NCBI RefSeq assembly: GCF_009914755.1
Contig: NC_060940.1
Length of the DNA: 64,000 bases
From: the human T2T-CHM13v2.0 reference genome, Homo sapiens
Strand: one strand, 5' to 3'
The notes below the pieces were generated by a model that worked only from the letters and a program-made list of their open reading frames with translations, was not told where the DNA came from and ran no database searches. This document shows, piece after piece, positions 43,278 to 56,700 of this stretch (within the stretch, counting starts at the first letter, position 1; each line of letters starts with the position of its first letter). The position numbers and the translations under genes were made by a program.

Positions 43278-43604
43278 TTGTAACTTTTATTTTAAGTTCA
43301 GGGGTACAAGTGCAGGCTTGTTACATAGGTAAGCTTGTGTCCTGGGGGTTTACTCTACAGATTATGTCATCTCCCAGGTACTAAACCTAGTACCCATTAG
43401 TTGTTTTTCCTGATTTTCTCCCTCCTCCCACCCTCCACCCTCCAAAAGACCCCGGTGTGTGTTGTTCCCATGTCCATGTATTCTCATCACTTAGCTTCCC
43501 CTTATAAGTGAGAACATGCAGTATTTAGTTTTCTGTTCCTGTATTAGTTTGCTAAGGATAATGGCCTCCAGTTCTATCCATGTCCCTGCAAAAGATGTGA
43601 TCAT
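43278..43604 (-). mobile_element. Old L1PA (L1PA13-16-like) 3' end
   Basis: TTTTAAGTTCAGGGGTACAAGTGCAGG...CTTATAAGTGAGAACATGCAGTATTT. Confidence 0.85.
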
Positions 43605-43683
43605 GTTAAAAGTTAATGTATTTTTAAAGAAATGGAAAATCCTTTGACAACACTAAATAAAAATTAAAATGAAAATAAAAGCT

Positions 43684-44996
43684 CTTTTTAAGTTGGAGGC
43701 TGAGCTTGGTGAGGTGTGTTTTTAAAAGACCATTAGTTCACTGAGTACCAAGAGCCTGAGAAACTGCTTGGGTGATTTGACTAATAAAGGCTGGTCTGTT
43801 ATCAGACTGTATAGAGGTGGGAAGGCCAAACCGAGGAATTATGTCTGACAGAAGGGAAGAAATGACCATGGTGGCCTTCTCAGACTCTGTGGAAAAGGCC
43901 TCTACCCATCCAGTGAAAGTGTCTACCCAGACCAAGAGGTATTTTAGTTTCCTGACTCGAGGCCTGTGAGTAAAGTCAATTTGCCAGTCCTGGGTGGGGG
44001 CAAATCCCTGAGCTTGATGTGTAAGGAAGGCAGGGGGCCTGAACAATCCCTGAGGAGTAGTAGAATAGCAGATGGAACACTGAGAAGTGATTTCCTTAAG
44101 AATAGATTTCCACGATGGAAAGGAAATGAGAGGTTCTAAGAGGCGGGCTAGCAGCTTGTAACTTACATGGAAGAGGTTATGAAATGATGACAGGATAGAA
44201 TGGGCCTGTGAGGCTGGAAGGAGATATTTTCCTTGGTCCAAGAACCATTTGCCTTGTGTGGGAAGAGATTGATAGGTGGGAATTTCAGTGGGGGAGTAGG
44301 TGGGAGTAGCCAGATAAGAAGGAGAAAAACTGCCATGAGGGATAGAAGTTGGAATGCTAGCTGCTTTTCTGGCTAACTTATCAGCATAAGCACTGTCCTA
44401 AGCGATGGGATCTGATGCCTTTTGATGGCCTTTGCAGTGAATGACTCCAGCTTCCTTTGGAAGTAAAGTGGCTTTGAGAAGTGTTTTTATTAAAGAGGTA
44501 TTAATGATGGAGGACTTTTGCATAGTAAGGAAATCTCTTTCAGCCCATATAACAGCATGGTGGTGCAGGATATGGAAGGCATATTTAGAGTCAGTGTAAA
44601 TATTGACACGTAGTCCTTTTGCAAGAGTGAGGGCTCGAGTTAAGGCAATGAGTTCGGCTAGCTGACAGGTAGTGGAGGGGGGCAGAAGGTATATGCAGAA
44701 GGTATATGTGAGGAAGAAAATAGATTTTGGAAGTTATGAGAACTGTAGAGAGTGAGTTGAGCATAGCTTGTGATTTTGAGGGCCTCTAAAAGTATTAAGG
44801 CAGCGGCAGCTGCTGCACACAGACATGAGGGCTAGACTAAAACAGTAAGGTCAAGTTGTTTGGACAGAAAGGCTATAGGGCGCAGTCCCGGCTCTTGTGT
44901 AGGAATTCTGACCGCACTAACCATGCCTAGGAAGGAAAGGAGTTGTTGTTTTGTAGAAGGGATTGGGGTTTGGATGATTAGCCAGACATGATCAGC
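43684..44996 (-). mobile_element. HERV-H-like internal pol fragment (RT connection, partial RNase H, partial integrase), no LTRs
   Basis: Minus-strand translation gives PIAFLSKQLD, AELIALTRAL, IYTDSKYAF, HCKGHQ, then HNLFH...CSIC, WQIDFTH, VDTFTGWVEAF, QSDN; nucleotide sequence recognised as HERV-H. Confidence 0.9.
43738..44241 (-). pseudogene. Retroviral integrase fragment (HHCC plus two Asp of DDE, no Glu)
   Basis: 167-aa ORF with HHCC zinc motif and catalytic-core motifs, stopping at ALGTQ*. Confidence 0.88.
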
Positions 44997-46899
44997 TTAC
45001 AGGGGGCAGAGAATGCCCTTAATAGAGAGCAGCTAAGCATCTTCCCAGTAGGAAAAGTTGAGGAGATGACTCGAGATTTCTGAAACTGCCACAGGTCTTA
45101 GACTGGTGGGTATTTTCCCTGCCTGTTGTAATACAAAACAGAAGATGCAAATGTACAGAATGAGAAAGACAACAACAGTGAGAAGGTGAACTTCTGCAAG
45201 GTAAGACTTCTCTCAGGTCAGGAAGAAATTCTGAGCAGAGCTGCTTGGGACAATGGGGCCAGTGACGAGCTATGGAAAATAAAGAAACCAGGTAAGTGGG
45301 AAGGTTAGGTAATCTTCGAAGGAAAGAAGGAGAGACAAGACACCACTTATGTAATACCTTAAGGAGAGGGTCTATGAAGGTGCTTCCTTTTGGCCCTACC
45401 CCGTCCTCTGTAAATTTTGATGAGCATCTTGGGCTGGGCAGAGGCCAAAGGTGAAAAGTCTGGAGCAGTCAACTTATTGACGAAGGAATGGAGTTAATCA
45501 GAGACAAGTGAAATTTCAGAGCAGTGGCTTGGAGCTCAACAGAAGCTAGACACCAAAGGTCTCCAGTGGTGCTGAACAGCCCAGTTATTCTCCTGAAAAG
45601 GTCATTGATAGGATTAGAACAAAGCATTCAAGGCTCTGCCCCCACACCTTTCCTACTGGCCCAGTGGCCGGATCTTCTGACTCCCTGAGGTCATTAGTGT
45701 CTGCCAGCCAATGATTCTATCTAGGTAGGAATTCTCCCGCTTCCACAAAACTTCAGTAGGTGGAACTGCTTGGAAAAGTAGGGCATTCATTCTGGGTTAG
45801 AGAAAACTTCTAGAATATATTTAAAGAAGTGCATCTGGCTATGTTCCTTTCAGGAACATACAGTCATCAAACTATGATAACAAGTTCAAACTATTGCCTA
45901 ATAAAAATACTTTCGGAGTAAGTGACTGATTTATGACTGATATGTAAATTTGTGCTTCTAAAATACTTGAAGGTGCTAGAAAACAGAAATTAAAACAGAT
46001 TCTATTCAGTATTTTAAGTACATTACCCCATTTTATTCCCACTTCAGCTTCTATTTTAAGAAAGACTCTTTCTTCATAGATTCCCCATCCTTATTACTGA
46101 CAAGATAAGGTTAAATAAATAAAGTTTCTGTCTACATTTTGCTTATCTTAGCAGATGCACTCAACATTTTCACAAGTTCACACTTCGAATTATAGCACAA
46201 GACCACATTCAAGCCAAGAAATGATTGTCTTTCACAATCGTTCAACAACCAGAACTCTGAAATTAATGAGTTTAATAGTAGATTTCTCCTCCTCTGGACA
46301 CTAGCCCCTTTCTGTCATTAGATACAACATATGATATCTGAGAAGCATATGGAAATTATGCACAGACATGCACCCAGATTGTAAAAACCTCATTGTAGAA
46401 ATAGCTATTCCTACACTAAGTACTCATATAACTTTTTTGTTTCCTTATTATTGCAGTACATAATTCACTCCTCTGTAAGTTCAAATTGCATATTACAGCA
46501 CATTAATGTTGGTCTTCCTTTATAGCAACCTATCATATGGTTAGCATTCTCATTTATAATCTAAATTACTTTTATTTCTCCAGCCATTTCACCTAACTAC
46601 TTTGAATCAAACAGGAAAATGATCACATATCACAAGTTGCTGAAATATACAGCAGTAAGAGTGGGCTGGATTACATTACCCATTTGCATGGGCATACCCA
46701 TCTCTGAGTAAGGCGGCCCTTCTGCATCAATAAGGCCAACAGGGATGTAGTGTCAGAGCTTCCTGACTTCAGCAACAGCCCCAACAGTGGCAGAATTGAG
46801 GATCAGCCATGCCTTTAATAAATACTCCAGACAAACATATTTTAAAAGGGCTGGAGAAAAGGAAGGAACCCTTTAACATTGTCTTCTTTATGCAAGGAA

Positions 46900-47210
46900 A
46901 AGATTGAAAATCTTGGCCTTAACAAGTCTGGCTGCTGCCTGTCTCTCTGGTCTTATCGTGGTTCCCTCTATTTTCCTCATCACACAGCAGCTCCACTGGC
47001 CTCCTTGCAGTCCTTTGAATGAACCATGCTCCCCTTCACCACAGGGCCTTTGCACATGCAGTTCTACTTCCTGACATATTCCTCCCTCATCTCCTGCCTT
47101 CCCTACCTAATTCCATCTCTTTTTCCAAAACTCTAATTCAGTCATCAGTTCCTCAGGGACCCCTTTCCTGGCCTTTCTCATCAAACCACTTTGTTTTAAT
47201 ATATAATCCT
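46900..47210 (+). mobile_element. L2 LINE remnant
   Basis: CCACTGGCCTCCTTGCAGTCCTTTGAA...CAGGGCCTTTGCACATGCAGTTC. Confidence 0.75.
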
Positions 47211-48419
47211 GGACAGGATAATTTATTAAAATATTGTTATTATATGTACTTTATTATATGTATATGTATTATATGCATTGTATATTTATTATGTGTTTCT
47301 TTCCTTCCCACATTTCAGGGCTGCAGCATGGCCTTTCTGTTCTTCCCTGTCTTGCCAACTTTTTCAGAGCAGAAAGCAAAAGCATTTTGCCTTAGCAAGC
47401 AGTTTAAGGTCATTGAAGAGATAATGCTAGGTATCCAGGGAGGAGAGTAAGGGAGGAGCAGACAGCAAGAAACTATCAGCAGTGGAGACTTTCTCTTTGC
47501 TCATATATAGTCCCCTGAAGAGATGGCAAGACCTCTAAAGAATCCTCTAGAGAATTGTACATATGAGGCCAAAATAGCATGGCTCTGGCCTTCAAGGACA
47601 CTTCTGCATTGGACAAAAGAGACATGACCATGAGATCCTGGAATCTGGGGGCCACTATTGCACTGTCCAGGTGCCACTAGAGCACCCTGGGCCTTGAGTG
47701 ACCTGGAAGGGAGAAGCAGCCCCAACGCAGATGGAGACGGAACTCCCTACCTGCACCTGGATGGGGGAGAATGAAGATGATTTAGAAGAAAAGATGTGAT
47801 ACTCTTTGCAAATCTGAGTTTACCTACTATACCCATCTTCCTGCTTAAAACTTTGACTCATCTATATTTTTCAAATTTCCAAGTGTACGATTTTTTCATT
47901 GATTTTTTTTCCTCCTCTTGTCTCTAACCTCCATAAGGGTAGGGATCATGTCTGTGTTTGCTCATCATCCTACCCCCACACTGGCACAGAGCCTAACACA
48001 GAATGGATATCCCTATATTACTTCCTTAGATGTACTTGCATGCAGTAAAATGCACAGATCCTAAGTGAACATTTTGGTGAATTTTGGCACAAGTGTATAA
48101 TCATGTAAGCAACACCTCCATCAAGGAATAGAGCATCAATTCATCACCCTAGAAACTTCCCTGTGTGTCTCTATCCAATTTTATCCCTTTTCCTATCAGA
48201 GGCAAACACCGTTCTCATTTCTATCCTCAAAAATGAATCCTGCCTGCCCTTTAACTACATATAAATGTATTCGTACAGTATAAAATATTTTGCATCTTGA
48301 TTGATTCATTCATTGTAATGTTTTTGAGATTTACTCCTGTTGTGTGAGTTAGCAATTTGTTCCTTTTTGCTGCATAATATTTCACTGCATGGATTTACCG
48401 CAATATGTTTATCTATTTT

Positions 48420-48673
48420 CTTTTTCTTTTCTTTTCTTTCTTTCTTTCTTTTTTTTTTTTTGTTTTTTTTTAAGGTAGCATCTCTCTCCAACCCAGGCTG
48501 GAGTGCACTGGTGCAAACCTCGCTCAATGCAGCCTCTACCTCCTAGGCTTAAGTGATACTCCCACCTCAGCCTCCCAATTAGCTGACACTACAGGCATGT
48601 ACAACCATGCCTGGCTCATATTTGTATTTCTTTTTCTTTACAGATGGGGTCCTGCTGTGTTGTTCAGGCTGGT
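48420..48673 (-). mobile_element. 5'-truncated AluJ
   Basis: Reverse Alu ending at CAGGCTGGT; J-type GCAGCCTCTACCTCCTAGGCTTAAG. Confidence 0.88.
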
Positions 48674-49573
48674 ATCCATTTTCTTGTCAATGGAATTCAA
48701 ATTGTTTTGGATTTTTAACTATTATGAATAAAGCTGCAATGAGCATCTCACACAAGTCATTTTGTAGAAATATGCTTCCATTTCTTTTGGGTAAGTAGGT
48801 AGAAGTTGAATTGCTGAATCATAGGAATCAACTTTGTAAGATGCCTGTTTCCCAAAGTGGTTGTATAATTTTATACTTCCACCAACAATACACAAGCAAT
48901 CCAGTTGCTCTGCATCCACTAGCATTAGACGTTTTTTTAATTTTATATATTTTAGTGAGTATATAGTAGTTTCTTATTGCGGTTCTAATTTTCATTTCCC
49001 AGCAAACTTACAATGTTGAGTATCTATTTATGTACTTAGTCATCATTAATGTATTCTCTTTTGTGTATTATCTACGTCACTCACCCATTTTATATTGGGT
49101 TGTTTCTCTTTTGTTATTTACTTATAGAAGTGTTTTTGTATATTCCTCATATGAGTTCTTGTGGATATATATGGAGCACTTTGTATAAAGTATTGCGAAT
49201 GTTTCCCCCATTCTGTGGCTTAACTTTTCCTTTCCATAATGGTGACTATAGAGGATCATAAATTTTAAATTTTGATGAAGTCAAGTTTATTCTTTTTCTT
49301 TTATGGTTTTGCATTTTGCATTCCATCTAAACATTTTTCACTATGCCCAGGTCATATATTTACCAAGTTTTTTACATCTAAGAGCTTTATAGTTTCAGCT
49401 TGTACATTTTGAATTGTAATCTATTCCCAGTTAATTTTTTTGTGTGGTATAAGGTAAGAGTTAAAGTTCACAGTTTTTCCCCATACAGGTAAACAGTTAT
49501 CTGGCATCATTTGCAGAAGACATTTTCCTTTTCCCATTGAATTGTATTAGTATTTCCTTCAAAAATCAATTGA

Positions 49574-49744
49574 CTATATGCATGCCTGCAGTCTTAGCTA
49601 CTTGGGAGCCTGAGGCAGGAGGATGGTTTGAGCCCAGGCTGTAATGCACTATGATTGCACGTGTGAATAGCCACTGCACTCTAGCCTGGGCAACATAGGG
49701 AGACCCCATCTCTTACAAAAAATAAAAGCCTAAAAAATTTTTTT
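49574..49744 (+). mobile_element. Alu monomer (FRAM/FAM-like)
   Basis: GTGTGAATAGCCACTGCACTCTAGCCTGGGCAACATAG; TSD AAAATCAATTGA at 49562-49573 and 49745-49756. Confidence 0.85.
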
Positions 49745-50240
49745 AAAATCAATTGATTGTGTAAGTGTGGATGTTTTATTAAACTTTCTTTTTTTGTTTC
49801 ATTGATCTATATGTCTATCCTTACATCAGTACTACATTATCATGATTACTGGAGCTTTATAGTAAGTCTGAAAATCACGTTGTGTAAGTCTTCCAATTTG
49901 TTCTTTTTCAATATTGTTTTGGCTATTTTAGGTTCTTTACATTTCTATGTAAATTTTAGTAGGAGCTTCTCTGTTTCTACCCAAAATCTGATGAGATTTG
50001 TACTGAAAATACATTAACTCTAAAGAACGATTTCTGTAAAATTTGACATCTTTACAATAAGGAGTCTTCCAATACATTAGTATGATAAAATTCCATTTAA
50101 TTAGGTCTGCTTTATCCTCAAAAGTGTTTTACAGATTGCAGCGGAGCGGTTTTTTTTTTTTTTTTTACATCTTTTGTTAAATTTATTTCTAGATAGTTGT
50201 TTATTTTTATGTTATTATGAGTGACATTTTATAATTTTTC

Positions 50241-50539
50241 TTTCTTTTTTTTTTTTTTGAGACGGAGTTCGGCTCTGCCACCCAGGCTGGAGTGCAATGG
50301 TGCGATCTCGGCTCACTGCAACCTCTGCCCCCGGGGTTCAAGTAATTCTCTGCCTCAGCCTCCTGAGTAGCTGGGATTACAGGTGCCCACCACCACATCT
50401 GGCTAATTTTTTGTATTTTTAGTAGAGACGGGGTTTCACCACCTTGGCCAGGCTGATAATTGAACTCCTGACCTCATGATCCACCCGCCTCAGCATCCCA
50501 AAGTGCTGGGATTACAGGCGTGAGCCACCGTGCCCTGCC
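50241..50539 (-). mobile_element. Full-length AluS (Sg/Sc-like)
   Basis: CCTGACCTCATGATCC short form; TSD TATAATTTTTC at 50230-50240 and 50540-50550. Confidence 0.95.
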
Positions 50540-51789
50540 TATAATTTTTCAATTGTTTGTTGCTAATATATAACTATACAACTATTTTTGTACATTGGCT
50601 TTTTATACTAAAACCTTGCTAAATTTACATATCAGATCTAGTTTTTTTTAGATTATTTTATACACAATCATGTCACTATGTATAGTAGCATTTTGTCATA
50701 AAACTCCAGTACAATATTTAAGAGAAATGGCTCAGAATTGAAATATTTGCCTGTTATCGATCTTAGGATCAATGTTTTCAATATTTCACCATTAAAAATT
50801 ATGTTAACAAATGATGCAGTTTTCAATATTTCACCATTAAGAATGATAATCTCTTTTTCAGAGATCCCTATACAGTATTAGATAAGGAAATGCTTTACTA
50901 TTTCTAATTTGCTCAGATATCATTTTTCTTCCTTTTTTCCTAACCATAAATGTGTATTGGATTTTGTCAAATGCTTTTTCTGCACATCTTAAGATCACTA
51001 TATGATTTTTCTCTTTTACTTTGTAAATGCAGTGAATTACATTAGTTTTTGAATGTTAAAACAACATTGCATTCCTGGAATTAAACCCAGGTCATGATGT
51101 ACTATGCTTTTTACATATTGCTATTCTAATTGCTAATATTATGTTAAGGATTTTTGAGCCTATTTAATGAGGTGTTATGACCTGTAGTTTTCTTTTCATG
51201 CAATATCCTTGTCAGGTCTTGGTATGCCGGCTTTATAAAATGAGTTAGAAAATCCCTTCTCCTCTATTTTCTAAATGTGTGTGTATAAAATTAGTATTTC
51301 TTCCTTAAAGATGTAATGGAATTCACCAGTGAAGTTGTTGGAGTTAGAAGTTTTCTTTGGGAAAAGACTTAATAGTGACTTCAATTTTAAACAAATATTT
51401 AAAGATATTCAGGTTATTTATTTCCTTTTAAATAAATTTTGATGAGTTGTATTTTGTAAGAAATTTTTCCATTTCATCTATGTTATAAAATTAGGTGACA
51501 TGAAATATCTACGATTATAGCTTCTTTCCTTGTTAATGTCAGTTTTTGATTTTCTCTCTTGTTTCCTAATCAGCTTTGTTAGGCATTTATCAATTTTATT
51601 AATATTTATTAAAAATAATCAACATTTGGACTTTATCTATTGTTTTCTATTCTAATATTTATTTCCTTCTTTTGCTTACCTTGGGCTTACTTTGCTCTAT
51701 TTTTCTTAGTTTCTTAAGGTAGAAGATTATATAATTTATTTTACGTCTTTCTTCTTTTCTTATATAAGCATTTAGAGCTACGATTTTCT

Positions 51790-52933
51790 TTTTTAACTTT
51801 TATTTTAAGTTCAGGGGTACATGTGCAGGTTAGTTATATAGGTAAACTTACGTCATGGGGGTTTGTTATACAGATTACTTTGTCACTCAGGTATTAAGCT
51901 TTGTAGCATTAGTTATTTTTTCTGATCCTCTCCCTCTTCCCAACCTCCACCCTCCCAGTGTGTGTTATCCCCCTCTATGGGTCTATGGATTCTCATCATT
52001 TAGCTCCCACTAATAAGTGACAACATGCGGAATTTGGTTTTCTGTTCCTGTGTTAGTTTGCTAAGGACAATGGCCTCCAGCTCCATCCATGTTCCTGCAA
52101 AGGACATGATCTCTTTTTTTATGGTTGCATACTATTCCATGGTGGTGTATATGTACCACAATTTCTTTATCCAGTCTACCATTGATGAGCATTTAGGTTG
52201 ATTCCTTCTCTTTGCTATTGGGAATAATGCTGCAATGAACATACACATGCATGTGTCTTTATGATAGAATGATTTATATTCCTTTGGGTATATACCCAGT
52301 AATAGGATTGCTGGATCAAATGGTAGTTCTGTTTAGCTGTTTGAGGAATCGCCATACTGCTTTACACAATAGTTGAACTAATTTACACTCTCACCAACAG
52401 TGAATAAGTGTTCCTTTTTCTCCACAACATCTCTAGCATCTGTTATTTTTTGGCTTTTTAATGATAGCCATTCTGACTAGTATCAGATGGTATCTCATTG
52501 TGGTTTTGGTTTGCATTTATCTAATGATCAGTGATGTTGAGTTTTTTTCCATATGCTTGTTGGTCACATGTATGCCTTCTTTTGAAAAGTGTGTTCATGT
52601 CCTTTGCCCACTTTGTAATGGGGTTGTTTGGTCTTTTTCCTTGTAAATTTTTTTAAGTTCCTTATAGATGCTAGATATTAGACCTTTGCAGATGCATAAT
52701 TTGCAAAATTTTTTCTCTTATTCGGTAATTTGCCTATTTACTCTGTGGATAGTTTCTTTCACGGTGCAGAAGCTCTTTAGTTTACTTAGATCCCATTTGT
52801 CAATTTTTGCTTTTGTTGCAAATGCTTTTGATGTCTTGGTCATGAAATCTGTGCCCATTTCCATGTCCCGAATGGTATTGCCTATGTTGTCTTCCATGGT
52901 TTTTATAGTTTGGGGTTTTACGTTTAAGTCTTT
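51790..52933 (-). mobile_element. Old L1PA (L1PA15/16-like) 3' 1.1 kb nested in L1M
   Basis: TTTTAAGTTCAGGGGTACATGTGCAGG 3' end plus ORF2 C-terminal homology; flanking TA(C/T)GATTTTCT. Confidence 0.88.
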
Positions 52934-53118
52934 ATAAATATATGATTTTCTCTCTGCACAACTTTAGCAGCACTCTACAAATTGTTGTATTTGTGTTTTC
53001 ATTATAATTTAGTTCAATAGTTTTCTAATTTTCCTTATAAATTCTTCTTTGAATCATGTCTTATTTAGAAGTGTGTTGCTTATTTTCCAAGTATTTGAAA
53101 CATTGTAGATATATTTCT

Positions 53119-53455
<337 letters not shown>

Positions 53456-53959
53456 TAGTTTAATTCTATCACAGTCAGAAAACATATTTTGTATGACTTC
53501 AATGTTTGAAATTTTGAGGAGCTTGTTTTACGGCTAAGCATATGGTCTATCCTAGTTAATCTTTTATGTTTCCTTGACAGGAATGTGTATTCAGTATCTG
53601 TTGATTATAAGAATTTTATAAACATCTATTAGGTCATGTTGGTTGATACTGTTGTTCAAATCATCTATAACCTTTCTGATATTTTTGGTCTACTATTCTA
53701 TCAGTTACTGAGAAAGGAGTGTTGAGGTCCCCATCTCTGACTGTGAATCAATCTATTTCTACCTTTGCTGCTGTCAATTTGTATTGCATATAGTTTAATG
53801 CATTATTATTAGATGCATATACATTTAGGATTGTCGTGTCTTCTCAATAACTTGGCTCTATTATTATAAAATGCCCCTCTTGTGTCTGGCAATAGTTGCT
53901 GTTTTGAAGTCTACTTTGTTTGACATTAACATACATATACAGATTTTCTTATGAGTAGT

Positions 53960-54321
53960 ATAGTAGCCAAAGGTCTGAGAACCAGGGATGGGAAATACAG
54001 GGGATAGAAGAGACCACTGGTGTAAGTCCCAGAGTCTGAAGGCCAGAGAACCAGGAGCTCCATCCAATGTCCCAAATCAGAAGAGAGAGGTCCCAGTTAA
54101 GAATGCAAAGAGAATTAACCCTTCCTCTATTTTCTTGTTCTATTTGGGCCCTCAACAAGTTGGGTGATGCCTACCACTCTGATGAGGGTGGATTCAGTCT
54201 GCTGATTCACATGCTAACCTCTTCCTGAAACACCTTTACAGACACACCCTAAAATAATGTTTTACCAGCTACCTGAGCATCACTTAGCCCAGTTAAGTTG
54301 ACACACATAATTAACCATCAA
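53960..54321 (-). mobile_element. MLT2 (ERVL) LTR, partial
   Basis: CAGACACACCC...AATAATGTTTTACCAGCTA...CCCAGTTAAGTTGACAC...ATTAACCATCA. Confidence 0.85.
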
Positions 54322-54704
54322 AATTTGACTCTGTGTGTGTGTGTGTGTGTGTATTTTCTATAGCTGCTCAAGGGAATCACAAGACATATTTATTAAGTGA
54401 GTAAATGAGGTGGTACAGCATGCACCCACCTACAATCTACCCTACCAATCATTCACCAAACCTAGTAGAACTCCATGAGCCCTAGCACAAACAAAATTGC
54501 CAGTATGTCAGTGGAAGGGAAATTCTTCCAATTCAGGTTCACACTGTGATATTAAAAAATTTTTATCTCAATCTAATACAATCGCTTATTAGTCTTTTTG
54601 CACTTTTACTCCTTCATTAATTCAATTATCTTTCCATTTAACAAACATACATTTCCTTCTTAGGCTATATGTTAGAATTGACTTTGAACATTTAAAAAAT
54701 TTAA

Positions 54705-54982
54705 TACCTATAATTCCAACACTTTGGGAAATCAGGCAGGCAGAATGCTTGATCTCAGGAGTTCAAGACCAGCCTGGGCAACAAGGCAAAACCCCATCGC
54801 TACTAAAAATACAAAAATTAGCAAAGTGTGGTGGTGTGAACCTGTAGTCCCAGATACACAGGAGGCTGAGGTAAGAGAATCACTTGAACCTGGGTGGCCA
54901 AGGTTGCAGAGAGCCACTGCACTCCAGCCTGGGTGACAGAGTGAGCCCCTGTCTCATAAAAACAAAACAAATCAGAAAAACT
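54705..54982 (+). mobile_element. AluJ, slightly 5'-truncated
   Basis: CCTATAATTCCAACACTTTGGGA...CAGGAGTTCAAGACCAGCCTGGGCAAC...GAGCCCCTGTCTC plus A tail. Confidence 0.9.
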
Positions 54983-56653
54983 ACAGAGGCCTAGACCCTA
55001 TCCAAGGCCTACTAAATCAAGATCTTCAGAGAACTTTTAACACACATAGTTAAGAACCACTAAATTTTTGAATGCCCACTAAATTCTGGACACTAGCTAC
55101 CAGCATTAATCCTTTAATGCCCCCCACCTGCATACCACAGAACAGATTTCCTAACAGCAATGAACAGTATGCACAAGTTCCTTATCTCTCCTTCTGATTA
55201 TGTGCAAGGTCAGAAAGGAAAAAAAAATTAGAAACTGAAGAAGCTCATTAGCTTTCTAATAGGTCTTTTTTTTTTTCTTTCATTTCCTTTTCTTTTTTGG
55301 AGCTTGGCCCCCTTGAGGCACATTAAAACACAAACTAACTCCCATGGGGAATAGGAGAAGAAGGAGTGATGGAACTGCAAAGGCAGACCCTAATAGCAGC
55401 CAAAGAAAATATTAGAAAACAAAACAAAAAAAGAAGAAGTAATAAAGAAAAGAAAAAGCCTTACCAATAAGGTACTAGAAAAGATTTCTTTAAAATGGAA
55501 CATTACCTCTTCACATTTCTTTCTTGTGTGCTCCATGAATACAGCAGACTATAGCTTGTGCATTCTTGAAATGTCTGAATTATTTCTCAGCCATTGGCCC
55601 CCATCTCTACTCAGTATGTGTTTTGTTTGATCTACCATGACCAGCTAGAAGTCAGCTGATACTCACTGCCTCAAGTGGAATTTTGAGGCCCCACAAGACC
55701 ATGAGGAAGATCTGTAACCACAATCATACTCTTCAGTCCAGAGAATTCTTTTCTTTTTTCCATAGAGGAGAGCGTGTTTCGGGGTTTACTATTTACTCTG
55801 AAAACTTGGTTTGATTACATCTCTCAAAAGCCCTGCAGGAAGAATGCACACGTGTTTCTTGGGTAAGGAAAGCCAAAACATTTTTCTACTCATTTTTGTT
55901 GCCCTGGAAGCTGTACAATCCAGGAGAAGGAAATAAATACAGAAAACTACATCAAGGAACAGTTCATGAAATGAATAAGTAGTATATGAAACCATGCTAG
56001 GGAAATGTATTAGTGCCCCTAATGATAGCTCAGACACTTGCTGCTCTCCAAATTGCTAGTATTATGTGTGCAGTGCAGAAAGCATTCATAACACATAATT
56101 TTACTCTGCTTTTGTTTCCATTCCATCCTTTGGATTGACAAGAATCTCATGATCAGATTTGCAAGGCCTCCTGGAAAATCAGGTAATGCTGTAGTTCATA
56201 AAAACAGATAAATAGCACCAGGTACATATCACCTGTTTACAAGTGCCCAGGGACCAGAATTCATAATGCTTACCAACACCTTTCTTATGCACTGTGGTCC
56301 TGAATGCCAGCCATAGGGAAACCAGGGATTTACACATGGGTTAGAAGGTTGATTGCCTTGAACTGAGTGTGCCTTGTAAGCTGTTCACACTAGCTTATAG
56401 AAAGGCCTGCTGGGAACAGACAAAATAAGCTGCCTCCACCCCAGGGTTTCAAATTGGAGGCCTGCAGGCTGATATGGCCTGGTCAGGGCTTCCAAAGCCC
56501 TCTGTGCACCTATGTATGAATTACAAAAGGACATCCCTTCCTCTGGGTAGGCCTACTCTGGGATCCTCAGCCAAAACACAACTTATGCAGTTGTACATGG
56601 TGGTTCTGATTGCCTCCTTCTCTGGTTTTGTCTGTTTTTTAAAAATCAGAGTA

Positions 56654-56655
<2 letters not shown>

Positions 56656-56699
<44 letters not shown>
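56656..56699. repeat. (CA)n microsatellite
   Basis: Direct observation. Confidence 0.95.

Positions 56700-56700
<1 letters not shown>

Noticed and set aside
47019-47450. 143-aa hydrophobic ORF
   Set aside because: Made of L2 remnant plus AT-rich low-complexity sequence.
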